From Oopsacas minuta (taxonomy: Eukaryota; Animalia; Porifera): a DNA stretch of 64,000 nucleotides. The position numbers were made by a program, and so were the translations under genes. How positions within the stretch are numbered: the first letter of the stretch is position 1; every line of letters begins with the position of its first letter. The notes below the pieces were generated by a model. The model had not been told where the DNA came from and did no database searches. It was given only the letters and a program-made list of their open reading frames with translations. Where the stretch lies: the NCBI GenBank assembly GCA_024704765.1, contig JAKMXF010000266.1, forward strand, positions 510,914-574,913, read 5' to 3'. Below are positions 37,601 to 49,050 of this stretch, in pieces.

Positions 37601-38769
37601 CTAACTTCTCCTGTTGACTCAGTTCGAATTGTGTTCTTAGTTGTATAATATCTTGTTCCTGTTTATTCTTAGTATCAAAGAGTTCTCTCTCAGAATTTAT
37701 CAGCCTATTGGTGTCAACATCTGAAGATGCTTTCTTTTCTGTATAGAGTACATACAAATATAGATATGGAATTATATGAAATATAGATTTTGTTCATGTG
37801 GCGCTTCTTATCGTAATATGACCATAGAATCACATGCTCACATGTACACGATATCACTAGAGAATTACGTCATCTAGATGTTAGTTACCTAATGCTTCTC
37901 TCAGCTGGCTGTCTGACAATTGTTTATTAATTTTTAATTGAAGTAATTCACGCTCTAATTGATTAGTTTTAGTCTGCTCGCTTCTCAATAGAGTCTGTAG
38001 CTCCATCTTATCCTCCGCAAGCACTGTAAGTGCGTTCTGTTGTGCTTGTGAGTTGGTAGAGGTAGGAGAAGGCCTCAAAGGAGGAGATGATGAGACAGGG
38101 AGTACTGTTGAGTACTGTGCATGAGTCCTATAGAAATGAGTATTTACTTGGTACACCAAAAAAGTATTAAAAGTGAATAATTCTGGCAATTTCTAACCAG
38201 AACCTAAGCATAAATTAGTCAATGAATTAATTACTGAAAATTCATTGAACTCATGATTTACGTCAATAATTTGGTTGCGAGGACATTTATCAATCTATAT
38301 TACTGGTTAGAAACCCTTTAGTACATAATTGATGTCGAAATATACGTCACCAACGAAATTGAGACTTCGACTAGTTGAAATCTAGCGAGTCCTCAAATTC
38401 GTCGGTAACATATACACTGTTCATTTCACCCATGTAAATCTATTGTTTAGGATAATACGAATAGCCAACACGAATAAGGATTCATTGTAACACTAACATA
38501 TTTCTAGTGAAGTCAGTTGTAGTAGGAGAAATATTTCTGTTAGGTTCTACAGACATGTGTTGCAAGCTGCGTGATATACTTGACAATTGTTGGGTAGATT
38601 TAGATCTGATATCAGAATATTTATGTGTATGTGTAACCTCAGGTAAAACATGGTGAGATTGAGTTACTCTCTGCTGAGGCAGACCCTCTTCTTTTTTCTC
38701 ACGTTTATATTCCTTTAATTTCTTTTTCGCAAAGCTATGATAATTGCTGGGGGGATTTAATGATTTCAT
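28675..38769 (-). CDS. GOLGA2: Golgin A2 / GM130, 6 exons
   Basis: N-terminal AKKKLKEY, coiled-coil exons, and a GM130_C domain (LQVRFVQVMRQKADLDDR...ETDTIGEYVSLYQSQR, CPCCTGSLLVV). Phase-consistent exons: about 38504-38769, about 37888-38131, about 37589-37740, 36387-36623, 30545-30791 and 28675-29658. Confidence 0.85.
31680..32840 (-). CDS. Divergent FERM (talin-head-like F1-F2-F3) protein, intronless, copy A, inside a GOLGA2 intron
   Basis: GSIPQNEDTACVVAA resembles FERM F2 GSHPVS.DKACEFAG. SGAIIFSV...YLVISSESVVLV...IKDIREW...LDIAF...FQIKSNDTHLISSTL resembles talin F3 (LLGITKECV...IKRW...F.VQT.EG.QI..LI). Confidence 0.65.
   Translation of the reverse strand: MSILTRDFTKSESNSVKKVSIKSNKSSYNQFQTSDDALEIDGLADIEDHSEYSLPIAIQSQNDYLSIKDNYVLFYIQFASVQNGFFKDVININIPVQDMINRYSKFFDNRYEFVQSHLLVGPRISVKPKKLASKHLLNPKKSKTFANYYNRLSKSLSLAEQKVTACHILIISPPSDAKFNKEMFQVYLNSKTEQTLFAERWLPAVQGSIPQNEDTACVVAACLHTLNSIQNTATSYNSSPRDFIHRGVPVTKLAETKIAKTLEELKHESVENIMKLCTETIQSNFLSGAIIFSVSTSGTTGHKKDAYLVISSESVVLVKSSDLSRLTPDICIKDIREWTPTDSMLDIAFTNRKNPSLTQHFQIKSNDTHLISSTLTAVAHTYMSNK
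33903..35054 (+). CDS. Divergent FERM-like protein, intronless, copy B (inverted duplicate of 31680-32840), inside a GOLGA2 intron
   Basis: Near-identical to copy A from YSLPIAIQSQNDY to the stop, apart from one patch of about 20 aa; the N-terminal 45-50 aa differ. Confidence 0.65.
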   Translation: MTSVYPKSNVKSKHIKKQAAKPKGKYNKFDSSSDDFELIGLEDIEDAEYSLPIAIQSQNDYLSIKDNYVLFYIQFASVQNGFFKDVININIPVQDMINRYSKFFDNRYEFEQSHLLVGPRIGVNQHKLTSGYSLSHKKDKRRGHLKDRLSKSLSLAEQKVTACHILIISPPSDAKFNKEMFQVYLNSKTEQTLFAERWLPAVQGSIPQNEDTACVVAACLHTLNSIQNTATSYNSSPRDFIHRGVPVTKLAETKIAKTLEELKHESVENIMKLCTETIQSNFLSGAIIFSVSTSGNTGHKKDAYLVISSESVVLVKSSDLSRLTPDICIKDIRKWTPTDSMLDIAFTNRKNPSLTQHFQIKSNDTHLISSTLTAVAHTYMSNK

Positions 38770-40045
38770 TCTAGCTAATAATAGATCTATGAAACAAAAG
38801 AGGTTACCTCAATTCATGTATAATTAGTTTTTACGATAGCATATTTCTAAGTATTCTGTGTCTATAACACATAATATATACGTAAGACACACATAAGCAA
38901 GAAACGATGTTTGAACTTAGTTCTTACTGCTAACGTGCTAATCATACAACAAATTGAGGAAAAGGTGGGTAATACCAGATTAAAGTAAGAGAACAGGTGT
39001 CTCGTCGTCATAAATATATAAATTACTAATAAATAATTGTTAATATGGTGTATACAAGCTTTGGTAGACAACAAGGTGTTGTCACAAAATTGTATATACC
39101 ACAACCACATTCCTGAGTAGTCAGGGAGAGGGATGGTTATTCGTTCCATTGAGGTATGTAACTATGTATATTGTGAGAAGAGTTATTAAAAATGAATTTA
39201 ATAGAAGAAAATTTGCCAAAAACTACATTATACTGAACCAAGCTAAGCCAATGAAGATACACCTCAAAGTTTGTATATGTGGATCTAAGTCTTATATAAT
39301 TACAAACTACTTTGGCCACTGTTAGTTGGAAACATACAGCTCCACCGCCCGTATCTGATTTGGCTATCGCAACAATATTGTCATTATTTCACCATTTACT
39401 CAATGCAATTCAGCTACAGAGTGTATAATCTAGCTAATAGTACAATAGAGATTACATTTTCTTATCGTATACCATATTCTCATATCAAATTTAACTTTAG
39501 TCATTTTAATATTTTTATGAATGAACCGATTTTCCCGCTGATACGCCACAAAATAATGAGATAATGATAATGAACCGCCCGCATGCATGCATGTTTATGG
39601 ATCTCATATGGAGCTGAAACAAGTTCCTCATTAACATGGCCTTATACAGCGATTATCGATATCACCGATGATACATTTCAATAGACCTCGTTCAGAAACT
39701 TTGTCTGGTTATATATCTCATCAGTAAAATCTAGCCATTATCAGTAGATATTGAATAGGGATTTTATGTACCGGTAATAACTGTATGTATAAAACAATTC
39801 TTTAAACAATCAAATCTAACCCAATCAACCTCCATAATAAATTATTCAAAAAAGATGTAGGATGGTAACAATATTGTAATAGTTTAACTGAATATATGAA
39901 CTGTTGGATTAGATATAAGTTCTATTAATAGTGGAAAGTTAAGTAAGGATAAATGGATGTATTCTTGATCAATACTTACATTTATGATAAATTATTCAAT
40001 TAGAATAGTAGTACAGTACACGTATGAGTTCTGATGCAATTCTTA

Positions 40046-43000
40046 TCAGTTAACAGCCAGTGTTGATGGTGGTTTGTTCCTAACGTTAGGACTGAGTGTA
40101 GTAGAAGTTGGTTTCTTTAAACTATTGCTTCTCTTTCTAAGTTGTGTTTTGTACATTGCATCATAGAAGGCTGTAGATTCAGGGTTATTTCTGTTTATTT
40201 CATCTTTTAGGCGTTCGAAGCGTTCCAATTCATACTCATCTGTTGCCTTTGATTGTTTAGTAGGCTGCTCTGTGGATACTGTATCTGATTCAACTAAAGG
40301 AGTGTATAGTTTGCTAAGAAATTCTGATAAATAAATTACCAGAGCCTTCGTTTCAAGTAGATCGAGATAGCTTGTATTCTCGTATTATTAACGAATTATA
40401 TTGTAGATTTATAGACTAATTGTAAGTCAAAACTGAACTGATCAGAATAACATATTTGCGTTTTGGAATGACCATAAATTGATGATAATAGATTGAGGTT
40501 ATTATGGATAATGCATATTAGCTGCTTGAATCATTCAAGGCAGTCCAAATATAATTTATAGTTCTTATGAGGTAAATATTCAAATTAGTTAAGGTTTGTC
40601 TTTGGGGAAATCGATCGAGCTTCAAATAGATTAACCATTTAAAAATCACCACGGGACTAAGTAGATCAGTTACATTTGAGTTAAAACTATTTCATTGAAA
40701 ATGGCAAAGAATTATGAATGTTCGAAATCTTATAATAATGATCTCAAAATGTAGATTAATTGAAAAACCGCGTTTAAATGTAAGCTTGATATATCGCATG
40801 ACGTACATTTCAGTTCTAACAATATGTAATGAAATTCATTGAAATGATCGAGATTTGAAATTTCAGTAATTCATTGACTTAGAGATTATTAGTTAAAAGC
40901 ACTTCTGTTAGAAATGCTGTCTGATACACGATTTCTCAATATAGTCCAGCTCTTAGATGTCATAATGGTACCAACGATGTGTGACTTCTATACGTTCGTC
41001 TGCTCCGCAAATTGGTACTTAGGTGTGTACTCTGTATGGAGTAATTTTCAGAGTAGAACTTTACAAATACACAAATTCATCATATTTCACACCTTAGACC
41101 ATGGACGGTTTCAATTCAGAATTAATTCCTTCAATTCCCATTCCGCAGTCAAATTTTCGGACTTAATTCTCATTCTCAGCCCTTTAATTACAGGAATTAT
41201 GGACTTAAGTCCCATTCCCATTCTGAATGGGAATGGGACTTGAAACATAAATCCCAATTCCATTCATGAATTGAACCCATTACTGCCTTAGATATAGATT
41301 TAAATGATATTACGATGTATTGACTCCAATGACTAATTAAGCAAATTATCCCCCGCCACTCCAAATCTGTTGACTATGACATTTTTGTATTACGAAACAC
41401 TATGATGTGCTATTAGATACGGGAGCCGTACATGTCCATAATATTTGCTTACATCACAACTGTATATAAAGTAATTAAAGTAAACCTCAGTCAATACACC
41501 TGTGTTATATAATATAAGCTATTACGTATTTCATAACTCACAAATTGTCTTCTCATTATTAATGGAAATACATATAAAGTTAATGTAAGGAATAAATCAT
41601 ACATAGGGATACTTGCCAACCTGAGTGAAGAAAAGCGCGAAGGAAGGTACTGATTTAGCGGGATATTGCGGGATGTAGCAGATTGTATTAGACTGTACTG
41701 CAAAAAAGCAGGACAATAAAGGTTTTTGGCGAGACAGTTGGCAAGTATGCATCGGGATATCGTCATATGTTTTTATACGATAATCGTATTTAACTAGAAT
41801 AGAGATTTCAAGTAGACTAAAATCTCAATGAATATCAAAACAAATTCTTATATCCCATACTACAGCAGGGGTTTCCAATCTTTTCACCCGTGGACCCCCT
41901 ACCATAGGATGCAATACAAATTTTGAGAACCTGTGGACCCTTGTTGTCGTTAATGTATCACTGGGATCAATTTTGGAAACAGCGTAATAGAAATCCCTTA
42001 ACTCAGCTTTTTAATGGGTAAGAACAGCCCTGTTGGTGAATTTTGTTGGATATTTTTCATCAAGGATTCTGACCCAACACATAGTACTATTAAAGTAGAT
42101 AATATTAAGCTACATACCCATAGTATTATTTTGTAGAGGAAAAATCTGCAGGTACCAAGTTTCAAACTCATTCAACATTTTCTGTCTGGATTGATCTACC
42201 ATAACCTGACAATGTTCAGTTTGAGGTCTCACTACTTGTATCTGATTCATGAGCTCTTTATACTTCCCTTTAAGTTCAGTTAATCTATGAATATTTTCAA
42301 ATTCTTCCTGCTCCAATACTGTTTCCCTTCTTTCGTGTAGTTTATTTGTTTCTAGGAAATGTTTATGACTATCAATCTCCTTTTTAATATCATTTAATGC
42401 TAGAGTTTGTTCGTGTAGAATTTTCCTCTTCTCATGCAATATAGATTTGTTCTCTACCAGAACTTTATTGATGCCTCTACCTCGTTCTTTCTTAAATTCT
42501 TCAAATGCCTAACAAAAATTGAGAGAATAATACAAATTCCACTTACCAGCGGTTCCCAACCTGAGGTCCACCAGATGTCGAGTCCAGTTAATCAGACCAC
42601 GTTACTCTGAACAAAGCTTTCGGATTAAGTGGAGATGACTATACCGTATTTGCTATAGTAGCACCAGCTATCAGATTTGGTATATACTATTAATTATCCG
42701 GTCTGAACTAACTAAGGTTATGACTTCACAACCATGGAATTCAGTTGGTTATTAATCACATGCAAGCGAAGTATGAATTTAGCTCGCATGGTAGGCAATT
42801 TTCTGGGATAGACGATAATTCGAGTAAATACGATATGTATTGATTGAATATAGTAAAACTCAGTTAATAGTAGAGTTCCTGCTATATTTACATAGAAATG
42901 TAGTATGTTAATTAATTTTGGTTCAGAAATGTCGTAAGGATTAACCTGAAGTACAAGATGTTATCCTGGGTAAGTATTACCCGTACCGAGTTCTGCTACA

Positions 43001-46000
43001 TAATCAACCGCATAGCTGTTACCATTCAAATTATACGTATAGAATTTAATTTTCTTAAAATGGTGGAAATATCGCATAGAAACGTCTAAAGAGGGGTAAT
43101 CTAAAGAAGGGCAAATTCGACTATCGACAATATCATTAACTAATATCAATGTTATCCTTACTTCCTGTTTGCTGGGAGGAGCATCATTATTTTCCCTAAG
43201 TGAACCGAGAGAAGAACATGAAGTGTCCTGGTCACGCCCTCCCTCATGTACTCCAGGTCCCTGCTGGTTAGAAGGGACTGATTTTTTCTTGGTTGCAGCA
43301 GTGATTGGGTTGCTATGAGCTCCCTGTAAATGGGAGGGAACTACCCCTATACCAAATCCTTGACTGTCTATATCTCCCACCTGTGTGTCACGTTCCTTCC
43401 CCTTCTCCTCGGGTACCGGCTGAGGGGCGGGGCGAGAAAGATTCTGAGTAGTGCGACCTCCTCTGGAGCCAGAACGATCTGACTTTTCTTTGCGACCTAA
43501 ATTACATATCTGTTGTTGATAACCTCCATTGAGTCATAAAGGGACTATCTGGTGAACGATCCCAATTAACAGAATCCATTGTATTATTATAACAGTATAA
43601 CCTGTATGAGTAGAATGTACATGAGCAGTATTTACAGCAGATGAGGTAGATGCTGCTGCTATCTCTACAGAAGGAGCTGTGTTAACTGTTGTAGGAGTTC
43701 TCGAGTTAGATGTAGAGGTAGATCTTACTAGTGTCCTGAAATGAGATAGTAGTTCTTTCACTTGTCTCAGGTTCTGAATGTCTAACTCTGGAATACTTCC
43801 TATAATCGTACAAAGTAAATACATGTAGATATACCTCCAGTAATAAACATACAATCAAATAGAAAACTATTAAATTCCAAAATGAATAATTGAGAACTTC
43901 AGAATACAGTGGAAATTATTGAAACGGTTATTAACAAGCCGTTACTTGTAATTACGACCGTTGCTGTGGGAATGGAATTTCAATTCCCATTCCCATTCCC
44001 ACAGGAAATGCTATGGGAATTCCTATTCTCACTGCAACCCTGGATATTATACATGTATTATTAGCCCCTAATGTATTCTTACATTATACGTTGATAATTT
44101 CTGTAGATTTCACTTAACAACTAAATTTCTAACCTCGTGTGTTACTTTAAAATTTTGTAATAATCAATTCAGATCAAGAATGGTAATAAAATTAGAATAG
44201 AATATATAAAGTAAATTTCGTTTGAGGATTTGAGAGAGATAATTATCAATTGGATGCCTAATACATTGATTTACTATTAGCTAATAAACACAAGCTCTAG
44301 AACTCACCCTCAATATACTTCTGTATCTGTCCCTGCATTAACTTAATCTGTACCTCACTCATAGGTTCATAACTAACATCTCTTCTACCACTAAGAGCAT
44401 CCTGTAGCTTTAGCTCCTGTCTTAGATGCTTGATCTCCTTCTCATACTCTTCTAACATAATATAAGGATCTTGCTGTATTGCCTGCTGGGGAGTAGAACG
44501 TACACACATCATCCTCTGAGAGAATCTTAGAGTGGATAAAGTCTCATCTATATGTTCCTCTTCTGTCCATATATTAGCTATCAGTATTGTTTGACATGAT
44601 CCTCCAATGCTATAAGGGATTATTATACGTAATAATGTGTAAGTTACTACAGTTTTCATGGTAATTAGTGAAATTAGGTAAAAAGAGTTCAAATCCATTA
44701 TAGCTTACCTATCCTTGAGGAAGTGAGTGAGTTTGCTCTGTCTATAAGGCACATGATCACGTTTAGTATCTGCTAGAGCAACCACAACCTGCTCCAGGAA
44801 TGTAAGAGACTTATTAATGTACAGAGCTTCTTTCTGTACATTACCTCCTGATCCTGTCTTCTTTAATCTCTCAGATCCTGCTAGGTCTACTATGTTAAGC
44901 TTAGACTGGAAGTAACGAGAAGTAGAGTGAGTACGAGATCTGCTCTCAATGTACAGAGTGAAGATACAATGAGACCTATAAAACAATTGATTTATTCATA
45001 TTTTCATATAATTGTAGACCCTCGCTAATCCGAACAGCCCCGTACAAATGAAATAATTATAATTCGGATTAGTGAATAGCATTGCATTAATAAAATACTA
45101 TAGCACATATTATGAATGTTGTAGAAACAATGAAAAGGCTGTAAATATTTGTAATAATATACATGTACAGCAGAACTCGGATAAGACGTGACCCTTGGAG
45201 AAACATAATTAGTACGTATGTACTATCCGAGTATACGTCTTAACTGAGGTAAACTGTAATATTTTAATCCGCAGTAGAATATTAGAATTGTGTAATGATT
45301 TATAGCTGCAGAACGAAGTTGTTTCCTCTATTCGATGAGAAAACTCACAAATTTTCAATCATAAATGACAAATACCTTTCTCCAATAAAGAAACGAACAA
45401 AGCATCCAAACAAATACTTAAAATATGTTCAGTAAAACCTCGAAAAGATGTTTTCCATTGCTACACAAAATGTAATAAAAGTGAACACTTCTTATATGTG
45501 AACATTTGGCTTGTCCCAGATGTTCACTTCTTGGAGGCTTTACTGTATTTATACATCCCTAATTAAAGTGTGCCTGTTGATTGCAACTACCAAAGGAATT
45601 GACCGAAAACATACATTTCAACTGATTCCACTATAATATGCAAACCTTGAAGACACTCTATTCAACATATGTTCCCCAATACAACGATTAGTCTCTCCCT
45701 CAAACAGAAAGTTAAGAGCCTCTTCCTCATTTCTAGATTGTCTAACACTCAATCCTTTAACCCCAACAACACCACACTCCTCTGTCACTACAAGTTTATC
45801 ACTCACACTATCATTTAATCCTCCTAACAAATCGTATAACGATTCATTGTATATCTCTAGATATGAAGCTTTAATACTAACATCCTGTTCATATCTCTCA
45901 TCTATCTCCTGATATAGATTGTGTATTAATCGTGGTAATATCCCGCGATGTCTGTAGCTCTGTCCGGGACCTGATATGGAGTAGGTCTTACCAGCTCCTG

Positions 46001-46815
46001 TCTGTCCGAAGGCTAGCACAGTACCGCTGTATCCGTCTAGTGCACGGGATACCAAATCTTCTGCACATGACTCGAATACCTAGATTGTGTAGAATAATAA
46101 TTATTACATGACATTTTAGAGTAATACATAATTCATAATATATAAACTAGTTATTAATACATTATTGACGCCCTCCTAAGGTCTGTAGCCAGATGCCAAA
46201 AAGCGAAACCCTGGCAGTGTTTCACCAGACATTTAGGCAAGGGGGACTAATTACCCCCTCACCCCCTGCTCTACCCCTTGGATTTATTCAGGGATTTATG
46301 GTATATAATAGAATGCAATGATGAGTGATATGCAATACAGTGTAACATTCACAAACGGGGTGCCAGGGTTGCCGAAAATGCTACCCCGTTCTTAGAGGTT
46401 CATTTAATGGGATTAGAAATTCGCTTTATATATTTTTCACTCCGTTTCCAGAGATCTCCCGTTTGAGGTAAAACTATGTAATGAAAGCTAATAAGTTAAT
46501 ATTCATATAAATATACCTCTTAAACATAAACAGATTTAAAATCAAATTAATATCGGAGTTTCTATAAAGTTGTGTTCACGAGATAAATAATAAACATTTC
46601 ACAACCTCTTCCTGCGAAACATTATGCAGTAGTCCGTCTACAGTGAATGAGAAGTCCAGCTGTTGATTATCTATATGTCCCCGTGTAGGATGTGGAGGTA
46701 GATGTACTTTAATTGTATTAGTAGATGTGTCTAACTCCAGGAGATCATCAGCAAACTGACAGGTTGGCTTAGTACGGATATAAACTTGTACTCTGTCTGT
46801 CTTCCTAGCTAGCAT
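40046..46815 (-). CDS. KIF9: Kinesin-like protein KIF9 (kinesin-9), multi-exon
   Basis: VQVYIRTKPT..FA, GHIDNQQLDFSF.VDG.LHN.SQE, ALDGYSGT.LAFGQTGAGKTY...HRGILPR, SYLEIYNE, LNIVDLAGSERL, HVPYRQSKLTHFLKD, ETLSTLRFSQRM, QSRQKMLNEFETWY, C-terminal ERFERL...PESTAFY.A. Exon boundaries approximate. Confidence 0.9.
41866..42000. mobile_element. hAT-type MITE fragment in a KIF9 intron
   Basis: Begins caggggtttccaatc; 41876-42000 is the near-exact reverse complement of 60172-60296. Confidence 0.65.
45430..45545. mobile_element. MITE related to 25538-25622
   Basis: cagtaaaacctc ... aaaagtgaacac..gtgaacatt..gttcacttcttggaggctttactg|ta, with an internal insertion of about 30 nt. Confidence 0.55.
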
Positions 46816-46943
46816 TCTGTGCTTATTAAAAGTAATTTATATGACAGATAATTATAATAAATACTTATTTATAACAGGTGCAAGTGAGATTGTAAACAAA
46901 TATGTAAATAAATGGACAGCTCTAATAAATGTATACTAATATA

Positions 46944-47187
46944 CACTCCCTGGCCAAAAGTATTGGAACACCCTGCCACAATTGACACCTGGCACCAAAG
47001 GCATGTTACCTTAGTTGTATACTAATAGGCTAAAGGTGATTTTTTAAAATATATAACTTAAATATATCATAAGCAACGAATGATAACACGAAATTGTCTA
47101 CTTTCTGCAATTGCATAGAATCTTTCAACATATTAATGCCTTGTGCCACAAGTGGTAAAGTGTTCCAATACTTTTGGCCAGGCAATG
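46944..47187. mobile_element. Non-autonomous Tc1-type element (MITE)
   Basis: TA|cactccctggccaaaagtattggaacac ... gtgttccaatacttttggccaggcaatg|TA: TIRs of about 28 bp with a TA target duplication. Confidence 0.85.
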
Positions 47188-47507
47188 TATATTTTTGCTG
47201 TAAGAATGTGGATACAGTGGGTATCGCCCACAAGAACACCGGTTAAAAGAACATATGTTAATACTCCCAAGGGTGTTCTTATAAGCGATAACCACTGTAT
47301 ATATTTCCAATTTGTACACTATACTATATGTAGTATAGCCGGTATTTCTCTACAAAAATAACTAATAAACTAGATTGTTTAGATCATTTTTGCCATTGTC
47401 AACCTCCTATTTTCTCAAATAAATTAGGCTAAAACTTCACTAAAGTAGCAGAAGTTATAATTATATGCATTCAATCAATTTCACTCTCAGTACGTATTCA
47501 ATAAGCG

Positions 47508-48584
47508 TCATGTGAAGAAATCCACAACATCTTCCATTTCTCTATTTTTGGCCTCTTTATAAGCCCACCTCTCTTCCATTAGTCTGACAGAATCTTTCCA
47601 ATTTTCATGAAAAACTCGCTGCCCACAAGCAAGGCATTTCTTCCCTCCTTCAAACGGAGGAGTTTTCAAATATTGATCAATACACGAATAATGGTAGAGA
47701 TGAGAACAACATAAAACTCTAACGGGGTATAAAGGATCAGTAGATTCGTTTGAAAATATAGGATTAATTGGAAGAGACTCTAAATTACAAATATGACAAA
47801 TATCTGACACACTTTTCCTAAAACATTTATCAATTAAACATTCTGCTACAAGTTTCAGAGACGGACTCGGTTTAAACAGGACTCCTTTATCTGATTTCTT
47901 GGCTAACGGAGGGTTAACACAGGCTCTAGCTATCTCTGTAGCTTCTGCATTGAATATTTTACATAAATGAATTGGAATATTTGAGTTTCTTATCTGAACT
48001 CCAACTGCTTCAATAGGATAAGAATCAGGAATACTCAATTTAATTTCCAAAATATAATTTCCTCTTTTCAAAGAAATTATTAAACAACCAGCCTTCAGGC
48101 GTTGTTTCAGTGTATCTGTTTTTGGATCAATCAAATATGATTTTACATAACTAAGCTCATCAGCACAAGCTGACAGAGGATTTTCTTGAAGGAATGTTCG
48201 AATAAAATAGCATATTTTATGAACATGTGCTTGACCTGTTAAATTATTAGCTTCTACATCGCATTTAGCTGCAAGGCCTTTGAGTAGAACAGGACTGATA
48301 GTTTTACTCTTTAGTTCTATCAAAACTGGATTCAATGGGTAACCCTGTGTAGGGAATTGAAATAGAATAGTTATCTGTTTACATTCAGTGCAGTATACGC
48401 GTACTTGGACCATTTCACGGTTACACGTGATAATAGTGTAACCATCTTTTACAAGGAGACGTTGATAAAGTTTATCTAACTCTTGACGGATGAACTTTTC
48501 TGTGTTTTGATCTGAAGTATTTGTCTCGTCAATAGATTCTTCGTTATAATTATGTGAAGTATTAGGAGCTAACCTATCGGCCAT
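47508..48584 (-). CDS. Uncharacterised RWD/UBC-like fold + RING-type zinc-finger protein, intronless
   Basis: Two segments with YP-x-x-P/V motifs (FQFPTQGYPLNPVLIELKS; IPDSYPIEAV), then CHIC...CSHLYHYSC...CLAC. Likely start MADRLA at 48584. Confidence 0.7.
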   Translation of the reverse strand: MADRLAPNTSHNYNEESIDETNTSDQNTEKFIRQELDKLYQRLLVKDGYTIITCNREMVQVRVYCTECKQITILFQFPTQGYPLNPVLIELKSKTISPVLLKGLAAKCDVEANNLTGQAHVHKICYFIRTFLQENPLSACADELSYVKSYLIDPKTDTLKQRLKAGCLIISLKRGNYILEIKLSIPDSYPIEAVGVQIRNSNIPIHLCKIFNAEATEIARACVNPPLAKKSDKGVLFKPSPSLKLVAECLIDKCFRKSVSDICHICNLESLPINPIFSNESTDPLYPVRVLCCSHLYHYSCIDQYLKTPPFEGGKKCLACGQRVFHENWKDSVRLMEERWAYKEAKNREMEDVVDFFT

Positions 48585-49050
48585 TCTAGACAACTGAAAA
48601 ATGAGTTGAACGAAATTATTAGTTTCATACATGTATAGGAAATCACGGGATTTAAAATATAGTAAGTAATGCATTAGGATCGCTTATTGTACCAAATCTT
48701 TTCATATTACAGAGATTTCAGATTAAGTAATACAAATGCTATGGGAGTGATGTTATTGCGGCATCAGGCTTGGTTCATGATAAGCGACCCTGACTGTAGC
48801 AGAAACAAATGAATGTATAGATGTAACCAAATTAGCGTTCCACATTCCACCAAATTCACCATATTGAAACCTCGACACAGTATTCTGTCTCGTACCTTAA
48901 CTGGTCGCAGAGGATCAATTGCCCTAACTCCATCCATATACTATGGCCTTACAAAAACTTGTTTAAATATTATGTACATATATACCAGTATGCAAATAAG
49001 TATATTTAAACATTAAACACGAATAAAAATCTACTACAAATGACGAGAAA

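Noticed and set aside
40914-41243. 109-aa ORF in a KIF9 intron as another nested gene
   Set aside because: No recognisable motif; it ends within the palindromic repeat and has non-coding-like composition.
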